From a virus (lineage: Duplodnaviria; Caudoviricetes): DNA of 64,000 nt. The first letter of the stretch is position 1, and every line of letters begins with the position of its first letter. Shown here one piece after another: positions 29,691-40,182 of this stretch. The stretch spans positions 64,001 through 128,000 of the IMG/VR virus record IMGVR_UViG_3300017716_001697. One strand, given 5' to 3'. The notes below the pieces were generated by a model. The model saw only the letters and a list, made by a program, of their open reading frames with translations, was not told the DNA's origin and made no database searches. Position numbers and translations under genes: made by a program.

Positions 29691-30448
29691 AATTAAAGAA
29701 TGACCCGACAATTGCAAATCTTATGCATGACAATGTCGTTGAGAAATTAGCTAAAATAAAAGGTATTTCGTTAGATGAATCTCGCGATACCGTTAGTAGT
29801 ATGTCTTTCAGCCAGTATCATGAATTATGTGAAGCTAGCGCAGATATTCCGGCACCGTCCGGCCAGACAATTAGCCCTTCAGCAGCCGCACCTGCAACAC
29901 AACAACAGCCACAGGGAAAGCAGAGAATGTTTGTGCCCGGCCAACCAGTATTACCTGGTATGACAGTGGGTGTAAATGATGCCACTGGACGCAATAGAGT
30001 TCCTGGCACTGTTTCTAATGTAGACAAAGCAACCAATACAGTAAAGGTAATGGATCCTAAGACTGGGCAAACTACTACACACGGTATCAATGATTTAGGC
30101 GCAATTGCAGCAAAAGCCACAGTACAGCCTAATCAACAGGTAAGTCAGCAGGTAGGCCAACAAATGGCTGAAGAATTATCTAGATTAAGACAATTAGCAG
30201 GCATCGCCGAAGATGCGAGTTGTGGAGCAAGTGGTGCTGGCGGTATCGCAACAGCACCAATGCCGATGGGTAAGGTCAAACGTAGACAACCAGTTGAAGA
30301 AGTACAAGCTAAGGAATACACACCTACTGTAGCCAAGACGGTAGTTGGAGATACAAAACCTAGTCAGGCATCTGGCGAATTGTCGTCTACATTAGCTGCT
30401 AATGGAAAGAAGACAGCATCAAGGATCAACAACGGATTTAAGAAATAA
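29687..30448 (+). CDS. late hypothetical protein with ELSRLRQLAGI motif
   Basis: 253-aa ORF, coupled start. Confidence 0.6.
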   Translation: MKLKNDPTIANLMHDNVVEKLAKIKGISLDESRDTVSSMSFSQYHELCEASADIPAPSGQTISPSAAAPATQQQPQGKQRMFVPGQPVLPGMTVGVNDATGRNRVPGTVSNVDKATNTVKVMDPKTGQTTTHGINDLGAIAAKATVQPNQQVSQQVGQQMAEELSRLRQLAGIAEDASCGASGAGGIATAPMPMGKVKRRQPVEEVQAKEYTPTVAKTVVGDTKPSQASGELSSTLAANGKKTASRINNGFKK

Positions 30449-30897
30449 TGAATCGTGTAGAGCTTATAGAAAAATTAGATAAGGCAACAGATCGTGCTGC
30501 TGATTTAGCAATTCAGCGCGGTATGCCTATATCCAGTAATAAATCTAGCATGTGGGTAGGTAGCACACTCGTCAAGAAGAACACTAACGGGTTCTACGAT
30601 ATATTTTCGTTAGACAAGAAGGTATTGTTTAAAGACATTGCTGTGTTCGACATAGCAACAATTATTGCACAACGATATTCATCCGGTGAATTCAAGACGA
30701 TAGAAACAATTCTTGTATTAGAGAATAAATATTCTAAGTATCATACTGATATGTTACATTACCTACATTGCATGAAGGGCGCCAAGAAGCGCCACGATTA
30801 TGACACTATGGCGATATTAGAAGATAAATTTCAAATAACAGAGATCAGGGCTAAGAACACACGGGATAATATCTCTATCTTCAAAAGAGTTAAATAG
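30448..30897 (+). CDS. hypothetical protein
   Basis: 149-aa ORF, TAATG overlap. Confidence 0.6.
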   Translation: MNRVELIEKLDKATDRAADLAIQRGMPISSNKSSMWVGSTLVKKNTNGFYDIFSLDKKVLFKDIAVFDIATIIAQRYSSGEFKTIETILVLENKYSKYHTDMLHYLHCMKGAKKRHDYDTMAILEDKFQITEIRAKNTRDNISIFKRVK

Positions 30898-30947
30898 CCA
30901 ATCAGAATGATAAATACTAGAAATAAAACTTAACAGGAACGGTTTAT

Positions 30948-32258
30948 ATGCTTTTGAACGATATAGGTAGTGCTCATACTACTACACTTAAGAAAATTAA
31001 TCAGCATCTTGAATCAAATTATGGATTCAAGATTACTGAGGATTCTAAAGATAAAGACCTTGTTGTTATCATGGAAACAATCCAGGATGAGATCAATGAT
31101 CTAAAGATTAAAGGCGACGATGCTAGAAGCTCGCCAGAGATTTCTAAACGATTACTTGTGCTAGAGGGGTTAAAGACTCTTCGTGAATTCGCAATATTAC
31201 AATTTCAATCACCAAAATTAGAACCACTCATATCTGTATTATCAAACAAGCTAGTTGCAGAATTTAGTAAGAGTGGTAGAAGCATGTCTGATTTCGAATC
31301 AGAGTTGCGTACAATAATGAATGCATATCGCTCAAGCGAATTTAGGTTCGACGATAATTTTATCGAACAACGTGTTAAAGATGCAGCATTAGCACAATTA
31401 CAATCTAATGATGAAATTGACGATATTGCAGCAACGACCTTGGCTGGCCCCGAGCAAACGTTAGGTGAAGAAATAACAGACGAGGCTAATGTTGCTGCTC
31501 AGCACGCACGCGCCGGAGAAAACGAATGGGCAAGGGATTTGTCCAATTCATCTGCACAGCAAACAAAAGCTAAGCCTGAATCAGATGTACCAATGATTCG
31601 TGATAAACATGGCCGTATGGTGCCAGACCCATTTGCTGCACATGCAGCCGCAAGAAAAAAAGGAATTGCAATGAAAGAAAATACAAATTTAGTAAAGCAC
31701 CTACGCCAACTTCTTGAAACAGAAGTAAGCCAGGCAGAAGTAATGATGGCTGCAAAGGGATTCGCACAAGAATTGCAGGAAATGGTTGAAAAGATTGGAC
31801 GTCTACAGAACGAAGATCTTCCACCAGTTACTGACCAGATGCGCGAAACATACGGTATGGAATCTGCATCAGCATTCCAGACTCAAATTTACGGTGCGTT
31901 ACAGAGTGTTATGGATGCATTATACACTGCAAAGGGTCAGGTTGACGATGCAGTAGGTAATATGGCTTCCACAGGTCAGGTTACAGCATCGGTTGATATG
32001 GATAAAGATGTCGACGGCATGGATGATATGGACGGTATGGGTGACGATATGTCGGCAATGGATGGTAGCGATGATGCTGCCGAACTTGACTTAGATAATA
32101 TCGGTGATGATTTAGGTGCTGACGACGAGTTCGGGAGTGCAGAAGATGAAGAGCCACTAGGTCGTTCGATGAAAGAATCTGCAATTTTAAGAAAGAAAAT
32201 TGCAGAAATGAAGAAGATTGTTAACAAGGCTCGTAAGTTAAGAGAATCCAGCAAGTAA
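30948..32258 (+). CDS. acidic late protein (possible prohead core/scaffold)
   Basis: GATAAATA 30909; coiled-coil plus D/M-rich low-complexity tail. Confidence 0.55.
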   Translation: MLLNDIGSAHTTTLKKINQHLESNYGFKITEDSKDKDLVVIMETIQDEINDLKIKGDDARSSPEISKRLLVLEGLKTLREFAILQFQSPKLEPLISVLSNKLVAEFSKSGRSMSDFESELRTIMNAYRSSEFRFDDNFIEQRVKDAALAQLQSNDEIDDIAATTLAGPEQTLGEEITDEANVAAQHARAGENEWARDLSNSSAQQTKAKPESDVPMIRDKHGRMVPDPFAAHAAARKKGIAMKENTNLVKHLRQLLETEVSQAEVMMAAKGFAQELQEMVEKIGRLQNEDLPPVTDQMRETYGMESASAFQTQIYGALQSVMDALYTAKGQVDDAVGNMASTGQVTASVDMDKDVDGMDDMDGMGDDMSAMDGSDDAAELDLDNIGDDLGADDEFGSAEDEEPLGRSMKESAILRKKIAEMKKIVNKARKLRESSK

Positions 32259-32262
32259 TAGC

Positions 32263-32580
32263 ATGAGAGCTAAAGAAATATTGTATGAGGATTACACCCA
32301 GCGCCTTGAATCTGATTTAAACAATCTACTCATTGGCGCCAAAGGTAATGGCGCAACCCAGGTAGAGACATCTGCACTTGCTGATGAGCTGCAAGGGATG
32401 GGCTATTCTGTTGATGTAAACAGTCTTATGTCTTTGCTACAGAACAATCCTATTGTAATGAATGCTACTCCAGAGAATATAACACTTACTGGCCCGGAAA
32501 ATGCTAGCGGTGCTGGTCAGACACAGGACAATGCTGCTAGAGTCAGCGATATGGCTGCTAAGGCCACGAAAATAGGATAA
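32263..32580 (+). CDS. late hypothetical protein
   Basis: MRAKEILYE N-terminus. Confidence 0.6.
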   Translation: MRAKEILYEDYTQRLESDLNNLLIGAKGNGATQVETSALADELQGMGYSVDVNSLMSLLQNNPIVMNATPENITLTGPENASGAGQTQDNAARVSDMAAKATKIG

Positions 32581-32585
32581 AAAAC

Positions 32586-33755
32586 ATGTCTGATTGCTGC
32601 TCACCCGGTTCTGGATTCCCTAGTGCACCAACAATGGTGCAGATGGCAACAAACAATGCCGTAGTGTGGGCAGAAATATGTGCTATCCAACAGGCAATAT
32701 TAGCAGCATCGAGCCAATGCCAGCCGGGTGGAGGCCGCATGTGTACTATTGTTGGTGGCACTACGCCAATGACGTTCGTAACTGGTGTATCATCGGTTAC
32801 AGTAACAAATCCTGGCAACGGATATATAATAGATTCGCCATTTGTACGATTCATACCACCAGTCGGTAGTGTAGGTGCAGGTGCAACAGCAACATTAACG
32901 ACAAATGGTGGTAACATATTACAGGTTAATATGGTTACACCCGGCTCCGGCTATCAACCTCGCCCTGCTACACTTGCTGTCTCGAGCATTGCTGGTGTAA
33001 ATGCGGTATTGGAGCCGTTAATCAATGCTGCTGGACAAATTGTTTCGGTTAACATTGTTAATCCTGGCACAAACTATACAACGCTAGATTCGGTAATTGC
33101 AACAAGAGCAGTTGTTCCTAATCCTGCATATGTCAATGCAACATTCCAGATTACATCTGTTAGTTTAACGGGTGAAATTCTTGCTGTCGTGGTGACGAAC
33201 ATCGGTTCTGGCTACCAGGACAGTGTTACCACAGTTCAAATTGTATCTACATTAAGTCCTTCTGCCCCGTATCCATTAGGTACAGGCTTTATGGCCAATG
33301 CAGTGACTGACAATTTCGGATTTATTACTTCGGTAGTTGTGCTAAATCCTGGTTATGGCTACGCAGATATGAATCCTTATCTAATAATAAGCGATCCAGG
33401 CAACGGAGCGACAACCCAGGTTAACTTAGTTAATGATACTGTTGGATCTATCACAGTGTTAACTGGCGGAGCCAACTATACACAAACTGCAATTGGTACG
33501 GTAATGAATCCTGCTACCGCACCGGCACCAAATCCACCAATCTCGCCAGCGATTGTTGCCATAAATGTTCGAATCAACACATATGGTACAAATCCGGAAC
33601 TATATTACCAGGTTTGGGCGGGACTTGTGACAGATAAACCTACATCCACACAATTAAACGCAGTATTGTCGTATTTCACAGGGCTGGGTTACACAATTTC
33701 TATACAATCTAATCCATTGACTGGCAATACTATTCAGTGGAAAATTTGCTGGTAG
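32586..33755 (+). CDS. virion structural protein with repeated V.V.NPG.GY beta motifs
   Basis: About 6 copies of (V/I)xVxN(P/I)GxGY, typical of T4-like tail/baseplate proteins. Confidence 0.65.
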   Translation: MSDCCSPGSGFPSAPTMVQMATNNAVVWAEICAIQQAILAASSQCQPGGGRMCTIVGGTTPMTFVTGVSSVTVTNPGNGYIIDSPFVRFIPPVGSVGAGATATLTTNGGNILQVNMVTPGSGYQPRPATLAVSSIAGVNAVLEPLINAAGQIVSVNIVNPGTNYTTLDSVIATRAVVPNPAYVNATFQITSVSLTGEILAVVVTNIGSGYQDSVTTVQIVSTLSPSAPYPLGTGFMANAVTDNFGFITSVVVLNPGYGYADMNPYLIISDPGNGATTQVNLVNDTVGSITVLTGGANYTQTAIGTVMNPATAPAPNPPISPAIVAINVRINTYGTNPELYYQVWAGLVTDKPTSTQLNAVLSYFTGLGYTISIQSNPLTGNTIQWKICW

Positions 33756-33759
33756 TTTA

Positions 33760-33788
33760 TTGACTTGTGATACTCTGTGTATTACAAT
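33760..33788 (+). promoter_or_regulatory. sigma70-type promoter (exonuclease)
   Basis: TTGACT-17-TACAAT; predicted +1 is the A of ATG 33795. Confidence 0.85.
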
Positions 33789-33794
33789 GTGTTA

Positions 33795-34460
33795 ATGTTA
33801 ATAAACAAAAAATTCAATTACGTGCAACTTGAGCGACTCGATCACCCGAGTGGTAGACGTTACGTAGTGGGCCCCGGTCGCCCGTTGCCGTCTGTCACTA
33901 CCATTCTTGCTAAGACCAAAGATATGACATATCTAAACGAATGGATTGACGCAGTAGGTGAACGTGAGGCTGAAAGAATACGCAACGAAGCATCCACCTT
34001 AGGGACAGGCATGCACAGTAACCTAGAAAAATACATTCTTGGCGAAGCAATGTCAGGCCAGTTTATGGCAAAGGCTCTTGCCAATGTTATTATCAAGCAA
34101 GGTTTGTCTAAAGTAGATGAAGTGTGGGGAACCGAAGTAGGTTTATTCTGTGCAGAATTATATGCCGGTACAACCGACCTAGTTGGGTTACACGAGGGTG
34201 TGCCTGCAATTATGGACTTCAAAAATAGTCTGAATGATAAATCTAGAGAAATGGTTGAAGATTATTTCATGCAACTCTGCGCATATGCAATGGGGCACAA
34301 CGAAATGTATGGCACAACTATTAAGAAAGGTGTTGTAATGATTGCAACACGCGCAGGAAGATATCAAGAATTTATTATAGCTGGTGACGAGTTTACACAT
34401 TATGAAACGATGTGGGCAAACAAAGTATGCGCTTATTATGATATGGTCGCATCCGACTAA
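33795..34460 (+). CDS. PD-(D/E)XK exonuclease
   Basis: LPSVTTIL, GTGMH, YAGTTD, IMDFKNS, YFMQLCAY. Confidence 0.88.
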   Translation: MLINKKFNYVQLERLDHPSGRRYVVGPGRPLPSVTTILAKTKDMTYLNEWIDAVGEREAERIRNEASTLGTGMHSNLEKYILGEAMSGQFMAKALANVIIKQGLSKVDEVWGTEVGLFCAELYAGTTDLVGLHEGVPAIMDFKNSLNDKSREMVEDYFMQLCAYAMGHNEMYGTTIKKGVVMIATRAGRYQEFIIAGDEFTHYETMWANKVCAYYDMVASD

Positions 34461-34480
34461 ATACACAACAGGAGATTATA

Positions 34481-35317
34481 ATGTCAACAGGTACACCAGT
34501 AGTAGTTTCAAGAATACAGAATAGACGCGGCACACAGACCCAATTCGACAATCTATACCCAAAAGAATATACTTCTGCACCCGGCGCATCGTCGGTTCTT
34601 GCAGTAGTGACGGTAGATAGCACTGACGGGCTTGTGGTAGGGGCAAGACCACAAGTAATTAATGGTACTGGGCAATTTGTTCCAGGTACAACAATTCTTT
34701 CTGTGGACTCTATTACACAATTTACAGTATCTGCAGAGCCATTGATTGCACTGTCGGGCGCTATAGTTTATGTTAAGAAATATAACGGTCAAGGCGGCGC
34801 GACCGGCCCTAACATATTGCAACCCGGCGAATTAGCATTATGCACAGACACACGCCGAGTATTCATGGGCAACACGAATGGCGAATATGTAGAATTAGCA
34901 AGTATTGGCGCTGGACCTACTGATATCGTTACAACCCCATTGGTACTTTCATTGTTACCGGCGACTTGGACAGAAATTTCTGCCTTGACATACTTGCCTA
35001 CACCATTCATGGACATGTTATATAGCGTAGTTGATATTCCTACAGATAATCCTAATGATGTCGGATTAAATTTCTCTAAGAATGGCGAATTAAGAATAAC
35101 AGCGACAGGTACGGCAGCAACACTCGTGGACACATGCACAGCAATTAATGTTGCACCACTTGTGCCAAATCCTAATCCTCTATTACCCGACATACAGCCT
35201 GACATAAATTTCAAGGCAGGCTACGACGTCGGTGGCAACATTGTTGTATCATACATGCACAATTTTCCTATCCCTTTAACTTTAAGCGTAAGTTCTATTA
35301 TCTGGTCAGCACTTTAG
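34481..35317 (+). CDS. tail-associated protein with Mtd-N-like domain
   Basis: RIQNRRGT ... LQPGELALCTDTRRVFMGN. Confidence 0.65.
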   Translation: MSTGTPVVVSRIQNRRGTQTQFDNLYPKEYTSAPGASSVLAVVTVDSTDGLVVGARPQVINGTGQFVPGTTILSVDSITQFTVSAEPLIALSGAIVYVKKYNGQGGATGPNILQPGELALCTDTRRVFMGNTNGEYVELASIGAGPTDIVTTPLVLSLLPATWTEISALTYLPTPFMDMLYSVVDIPTDNPNDVGLNFSKNGELRITATGTAATLVDTCTAINVAPLVPNPNPLLPDIQPDINFKAGYDVGGNIVVSYMHNFPIPLTLSVSSIIWSAL

Positions 35318-35329
35318 AAAGTAAGTAAC

Positions 35330-35761
35330 ATGAGTTGGAACAATATTCCTAATAATGAGCGCCTTCACCTCTGGAAAAAACTAAGGGAAGACATTGCTGT
35401 CTTGTCTATCGAGCACCAGATGACTATGGTGGCTAAGTTCTTCGCCGATATGCCATTTGGGTCTAGGACTATCGATTATTACACACCGGCCGACTGGCCA
35501 ACACCGTGGGAAATCTTATTCTACGGCACCTTCTGCACAAGTTCTATTAGCATTCTGATGTTTTATACATTTGAACTTCTGCACACAAATCACCGCATAG
35601 ATCTTTACCTTGTCGAGGATAATGACGTATATTTGTTACCTGTTATAGATAACAAATTTGTACTCAATTACGAATTGGGCACGGTAAATAACTACTCAAA
35701 TATAGAAGACAACTTTAAGGTCTTACAGACATTTCATGACGAAATAAAGATGTTAAGATAA
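35330..35761 (+). CDS. hypothetical protein
   Basis: 143-aa ORF (DWPTPWEIL). Confidence 0.6.
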   Translation: MSWNNIPNNERLHLWKKLREDIAVLSIEHQMTMVAKFFADMPFGSRTIDYYTPADWPTPWEILFYGTFCTSSISILMFYTFELLHTNHRIDLYLVEDNDVYLLPVIDNKFVLNYELGTVNNYSNIEDNFKVLQTFHDEIKMLR

Positions 35762-35798
35762 TTAACACTCAAATAATAATTTTTACAAGAGGATATAG

Positions 35799-38372
35799 AT
35801 GCCAAGCACAATGTTTCAGGATTCATTTTCCAAAGAAATTTGGGAAGTAACATATAAAGACCACAATGACGCTGATATTAACCAGACGTTAAGCCGCATT
35901 GCTAAGGCAATTGCATCCGTAGAGGCAACAGACGAGCTTCGATCTACATGGGAAAGCAATTTCTACGATTTATTAACGAATTTTAAAGGTGTCCCCGGTG
36001 GCCGCATTATGTCTAATGCAGGCACAGAATGGTCCGGCACTACATTAATGAATTGTTTCGTTGGTCCTAGAGAAAAATATGACATTGATTCGCTGGAAGG
36101 CATCTATAGTCATTTGTTAAGCCAGTCGCAGACACTGAAATCCGAAGGTGGCTGGGGAGAAAACTTCTCGTATATCCGTCCACGTGGCTCATTTATTAAC
36201 GGTATCGGTGTAGAAACGCCCGGTTCTGTAAAATATATGGAATTATTTGACAAGGCATCTGAAATTATCACTGCTGGTAGTGGTAAAAAGTCCACGAACA
36301 AGCGTGCAAAAGGTAAGATCCGCAAGGGCGCAATGATGGGTGTTATGGATGTATGGCATCCAGACATTATTGAGTTTGTTACAGCTAAACAGCAACCCGG
36401 CCGACTTACAAAATTTAATATTTCGGTTAATTGTACAGATAAATTTATGTCTCGTATCATTGATATGGCTAAATTAGAATCAGATGTGGCTGCAGAGGAA
36501 ATCTCTCATGCAGATGCAGATGCGAAGCTTGCAGAATTAGATAAATGGGAACTTATTTTCCCAGAAACAACGTTTGCCAAGTATAAGGCCGAATGGAATG
36601 GCGATATTAACCTATGGTTAGAGAATGGTTACCCTGTTAAAGTACATAACACTATTTCTGCTAAGTGGTTATGGAATTTAATTATGGAATCTACATACAA
36701 TCGCGCAGAACCCGGTGTGTTGTTCCTTGATCGTGCCAACTATTTCAATCCGTTGAGATATGGTGAGACAATTTTTGCAACCAATCCGTGCGGAGAGCAA
36801 ACACTATCGCCAGGTAATATCTGTTGCCTAGGTACAATTAACCTTACACAATTTGTTACAGGTAAGACGTTCGATTTTGTTGCAATTAAGAAATATGTCG
36901 GGTACATGGTGCGTTTTCTTGATAATGTTAACTCGTATTCTTCTGCACCACTACCGCAATACATTGAGTCAATGCATAAGAAACGTCGTATTGGTTTAGG
37001 TGTTATGGGTTGGGGCTCTTCCTTGTTTATGCTTAAGACACGCTTTGCATCTGAGACTGCTGGCGCTCTGCGTGAAGAATTAATGCGTCTTGTGGCTCGT
37101 ACAGCGTATGAAACATCTATCGATCTTGCTGTAGAGAAGGGTAAGTTCGAATATTGCGACACAGCAAAGCATGCAGAGGCACCTTTCATTCAGCAACTAG
37201 GGTTGTCTGATGAATATGTTACTAAACTTAAAACAACAGGCATTCGTAATGCATCTCTAATGAGCCAACAGCCAAATGGCAACTCATCTATCATGGCTAA
37301 CGTAGTGTCGGGTGGTATCGAGCCAATCTTCATGCCAGAATATGTCAGAACGGTTATTCTTGCTATTGCACCTGCCGAAATTATCGACGTAACACCTAAG
37401 TGGTACGAAGGCGTGTGGGAAGAGACCGAGTTGTTCAAATTTGCTAAAGAAGGTGACGAAGAGATCCTTAGAGGCGTGTTTAATGGAACAACATACAAGA
37501 TTGATAAGAATCGCGGACTTACAAAAGAAGTATTATGCGAAGATTACGGTGTAAGATATTTGAAAGGCAAGAACGAATGGGATCCAAAGGCTGATTGGGC
37601 TGTAACAACTACCAATTTGACTGTTGATGATCATATTTCTGACCTAAAGGGCTTTGCACAATGGACTGATGCAGCATGTAGCAAGACATGTAACATTCCG
37701 TTTGACTACCCATACGAAGATTTCAAGAACTTGTATCTACGAGTATACGAAACTGGATTCATTAAGGGATTTACTACATACCGCTCGGGTACTATGACAT
37801 CTGTATTGTCAGCCGTTGATGAGAAGAATGCTGAGCCAGGCGACGAGGAAATTATTCTTGATACAGTGCATCTACCTGATTCTGCTCCAGCATCTATGAA
37901 GACATTAAAGGCAGAAGGTCGTAAGTGGTATCTGTCTGTGGTATGGAATGAAAATCAGACTCGACCATTTGCGTTGTTTGTACACACTAATCATCACGAG
38001 AAGACTGTATCGACATCTAATGCTGTGGAAAAACTTATCGATCTTGCTAGACGTAAGGGTATACCAGAGGTGCATGTACAGGAAGTAATTGGTAAGATTA
38101 GTGGTGATGATAATGCATCTAAAATTGCACGTATGATTTCACTTAACTTACGACACGGTGTATTAATTAAGAACATTACCGCTACATTGGACAGTCTCGA
38201 AGATGTGTATTTAGGCAGCTTCTTATTCCAAATTAAGAAGTTCTTATCAACATTCATTAAGGATGGCGAAAAAGTTCACGGTGAAGTATGCGGCGATTGT
38301 GGATCATCCAACGTGATCTACGAAGAGGGATGCAAGAAATGTGTTAATTGCGGCTCAGGTAAATGCAGTTAA
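35799..38372 (+). CDS. nrdJ: class II (adenosylcobalamin) ribonucleotide reductase
   Basis: PGGRIMSNAG, TLMNCF, TNPCGEQ, GLGVMG, SGGIEP, SKTCN, TTYRSG; C-terminal zinc ribbon; no beta subunit nearby. Confidence 0.88.
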   Translation: MPSTMFQDSFSKEIWEVTYKDHNDADINQTLSRIAKAIASVEATDELRSTWESNFYDLLTNFKGVPGGRIMSNAGTEWSGTTLMNCFVGPREKYDIDSLEGIYSHLLSQSQTLKSEGGWGENFSYIRPRGSFINGIGVETPGSVKYMELFDKASEIITAGSGKKSTNKRAKGKIRKGAMMGVMDVWHPDIIEFVTAKQQPGRLTKFNISVNCTDKFMSRIIDMAKLESDVAAEEISHADADAKLAELDKWELIFPETTFAKYKAEWNGDINLWLENGYPVKVHNTISAKWLWNLIMESTYNRAEPGVLFLDRANYFNPLRYGETIFATNPCGEQTLSPGNICCLGTINLTQFVTGKTFDFVAIKKYVGYMVRFLDNVNSYSSAPLPQYIESMHKKRRIGLGVMGWGSSLFMLKTRFASETAGALREELMRLVARTAYETSIDLAVEKGKFEYCDTAKHAEAPFIQQLGLSDEYVTKLKTTGIRNASLMSQQPNGNSSIMANVVSGGIEPIFMPEYVRTVILAIAPAEIIDVTPKWYEGVWEETELFKFAKEGDEEILRGVFNGTTYKIDKNRGLTKEVLCEDYGVRYLKGKNEWDPKADWAVTTTNLTVDDHISDLKGFAQWTDAACSKTCNIPFDYPYEDFKNLYLRVYETGFIKGFTTYRSGTMTSVLSAVDEKNAEPGDEEIILDTVHLPDSAPASMKTLKAEGRKWYLSVVWNENQTRPFALFVHTNHHEKTVSTSNAVEKLIDLARRKGIPEVHVQEVIGKISGDDNASKIARMISLNLRHGVLIKNITATLDSLEDVYLGSFLFQIKKFLSTFIKDGEKVHGEVCGDCGSSNVIYEEGCKKCVNCGSGKCS

Positions 38373-38444
38373 TGAATGACTTGTAGCATTATTAATAAAA
38401 ACTATATACAATACAGTATAATTAACTAAAACAAAGGACAGAAC

Positions 38445-38744
38445 TTGTTATTACAAAAATCACAGACACTACCGTATGTCGGAGTATTTAAACTAGGAAG
38501 CGGTGAGGAATTTATTGCTAAGGTAACTGATGAAACTATGATGGGGTTTACTATATCTAAGCCGTTATGCATGGTTGCTACAGATAAAGGTTATCAATTT
38601 GCACCGCTGGTTATGATGGGCGATATTGATGCCGATGTACTATTGCCTAAGCCAGTAATTCAGACTACACCGAATAAACAATTACTAGAACAGTACGAAT
38701 CGACAATTTCGCCTATTATCAGAGCAAGCTCTATTATTGGTTAA
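38445..38744 (+). CDS. hypothetical protein, possible Sm-like fold
   Basis: AAGGA + TTG; FKLGSGEEFIAKV. Confidence 0.55.
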   Translation: MLLQKSQTLPYVGVFKLGSGEEFIAKVTDETMMGFTISKPLCMVATDKGYQFAPLVMMGDIDADVLLPKPVIQTTPNKQLLEQYESTISPIIRASSIIG

Positions 38745-38771
38745 TACACAGAATTTATTTTAAGGAAACAC

Positions 38772-38963
38772 ATGAAACCAACTAGCAAGACCCCGTACGA
38801 AATTAGATTAGAATTGTTGCAGCTTGCACAGACGATTTTAGAAAATCAACATGCGGCTAAATCGGTATTGACGGCTGGAAAGACGTCCCCAACAACTGAA
38901 GAGATTATTTTCGAAGCCGATAAGCTTAATGCATTTGTATCAAAAGCAAATCCAGTACATTAA
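38772..38963 (+). CDS. small hypothetical protein
   Basis: AAGGA SD; KTPYEIRLELLQLA. Confidence 0.65.
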   Translation: MKPTSKTPYEIRLELLQLAQTILENQHAAKSVLTAGKTSPTTEEIIFEADKLNAFVSKANPVH

Positions 38964-38971
38964 TTGTTAAG

Positions 38972-38995
38972 AAAGCCGGCTATATGCTGGCTTTT
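38972..38995 (+). terminator. intrinsic terminator
   Basis: AAAGCCGGC / GCTGGCTTT. Confidence 0.75.
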
Positions 38996-39014
38996 CCACG
39001 ACTTAAAAATAGTC

Positions 39015-39043
39015 TTGCATATTTAAGACAGCTATGTTATAAT
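39015..39043 (+). promoter_or_regulatory. sigma70-type promoter
   Basis: TTGCAT-17-TATAAT with TG extension. Confidence 0.8.
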
Positions 39044-39062
39044 GCTCGCTAAGGAGTCAAGA

Positions 39063-39833
39063 ATGCACAATATAGCCGATCATGTAAGAGATAATTTTAA
39101 TGGAATGTTAGTTTTCGGAGATGTCCACGGCGATTTTGACTCCATTAACCGTGCATATAAGTATGCTAAGGCATACGACATGTTCTTTATGTCAATGGGT
39201 GACCTTGTCGATCGTGCTCGTATGCCATTCGAGACTGTGGAATTAATGTATAATGCTGTAGTTGATGGCGAGGCCGGATTCGTTATCGGAAATCATGATG
39301 ATAAGTTTCATCGTTATGCCAACGGATCTAAAGTTAGCTTCTCTGTCGATGCAAAACGTACATTAGAGGATGTTGGATCGGAAAGAGAAGAAGAGTTCTT
39401 CAAAATGTATGTTGGATTAATTGATTATCCAGTAGCATCTGCATTCTATCACAAGTTTGACGATATCGTACTTGTGCATGCAGCAGCTCACCCGGGAATG
39501 TGGACTAACAGTGGTTCACCAACCAAGACGGAACGGGCCAGATATCTTGTCGGTGAGACAAATAATGAAAGGTATGACGATGGATATCCTGTTAGACTTT
39601 ATAACTGGATAGATTGCATACCGATGGGAAAGACTGTCTTGGTCGGGCACGATAAGCAACCAATCGACAATATACCCATAACAGAACCTAAGACTGTGTC
39701 GAACAGAAACGGTGGCAAAACTGTTTTTATAGACACAGGGTGTGGTAAAGGCGGATTCTTATCAGCAGCGGTAGTCATGCCGAATAAATCTCGCAAGTTC
39801 GAGGTTACATCGTTTGTGAGCTTTGCTGAGTAA
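39063..39833 (+). CDS. calcineurin-like metallophosphoesterase
   Basis: GDVHG, GDLVDR, GNHD, VHA, GHD, DTGCG. Confidence 0.9.
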   Translation: MHNIADHVRDNFNGMLVFGDVHGDFDSINRAYKYAKAYDMFFMSMGDLVDRARMPFETVELMYNAVVDGEAGFVIGNHDDKFHRYANGSKVSFSVDAKRTLEDVGSEREEEFFKMYVGLIDYPVASAFYHKFDDIVLVHAAAHPGMWTNSGSPTKTERARYLVGETNNERYDDGYPVRLYNWIDCIPMGKTVLVGHDKQPIDNIPITEPKTVSNRNGGKTVFIDTGCGKGGFLSAAVVMPNKSRKFEVTSFVSFAE

Positions 39834-39914
39834 GAATTGTAGACGCTACATAAAATGTAGCGTATACTTACAACAGTTGCACAATGCAACACAATCAACT
39901 CAACTAGGAATTAT

Positions 39915-40166
39915 ATGACAAACACAAAGAAAGCATTGACAAAAATCAGCGACAAGGTTACATTTACTCCAGTTTCCGGTAGTAGCCTTGTTGAATCCTA
40001 TGCTCGCGCATCTGGAGATTTGGCAGTGCGCCTTAAGAATGGTTCTACATACATCTACAAGGGTGTTGATGAAGCTACCGTAACTGGATTCGTTAATGCT
40101 ACCTCCAAAGGTAAGTATTTCGGAACAAATATCCGTAACAAGTTCGTAGCAGAACAAGCCGAGTAA
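39915..40166 (+). CDS. KTSC domain protein
   Basis: PVSGSSLVESY...L.VRLKNGSTYIY.GV...FVNATSKGKYF..NIR. Confidence 0.85.
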   Translation: MTNTKKALTKISDKVTFTPVSGSSLVESYARASGDLAVRLKNGSTYIYKGVDEATVTGFVNATSKGKYFGTNIRNKFVAEQAE

Positions 40167-40182
40167 GCAAACAAGTAATCCT

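Noticed and set aside
33795-34460. Cas4-like nuclease suggesting a CRISPR locus
   Set aside because: No repeat-spacer array or other cas genes are visible, and the Cas4 Fe-S cysteines are absent; it is an ordinary phage PD-(D/E)XK exonuclease.
34481-35317. Mtd-N-like domain suggesting a diversity-generating retroelement
   Set aside because: No reverse transcriptase and no TR/VR near-identical repeat pair were seen in the window.
35799-38372. Possible intron or intein in nrdJ (also checked terL, thyA, uvsX, helicase)
   Set aside because: The ORFs are continuous with expected lengths; no Hint or LAGLIDADG/HNH motifs were recognised.
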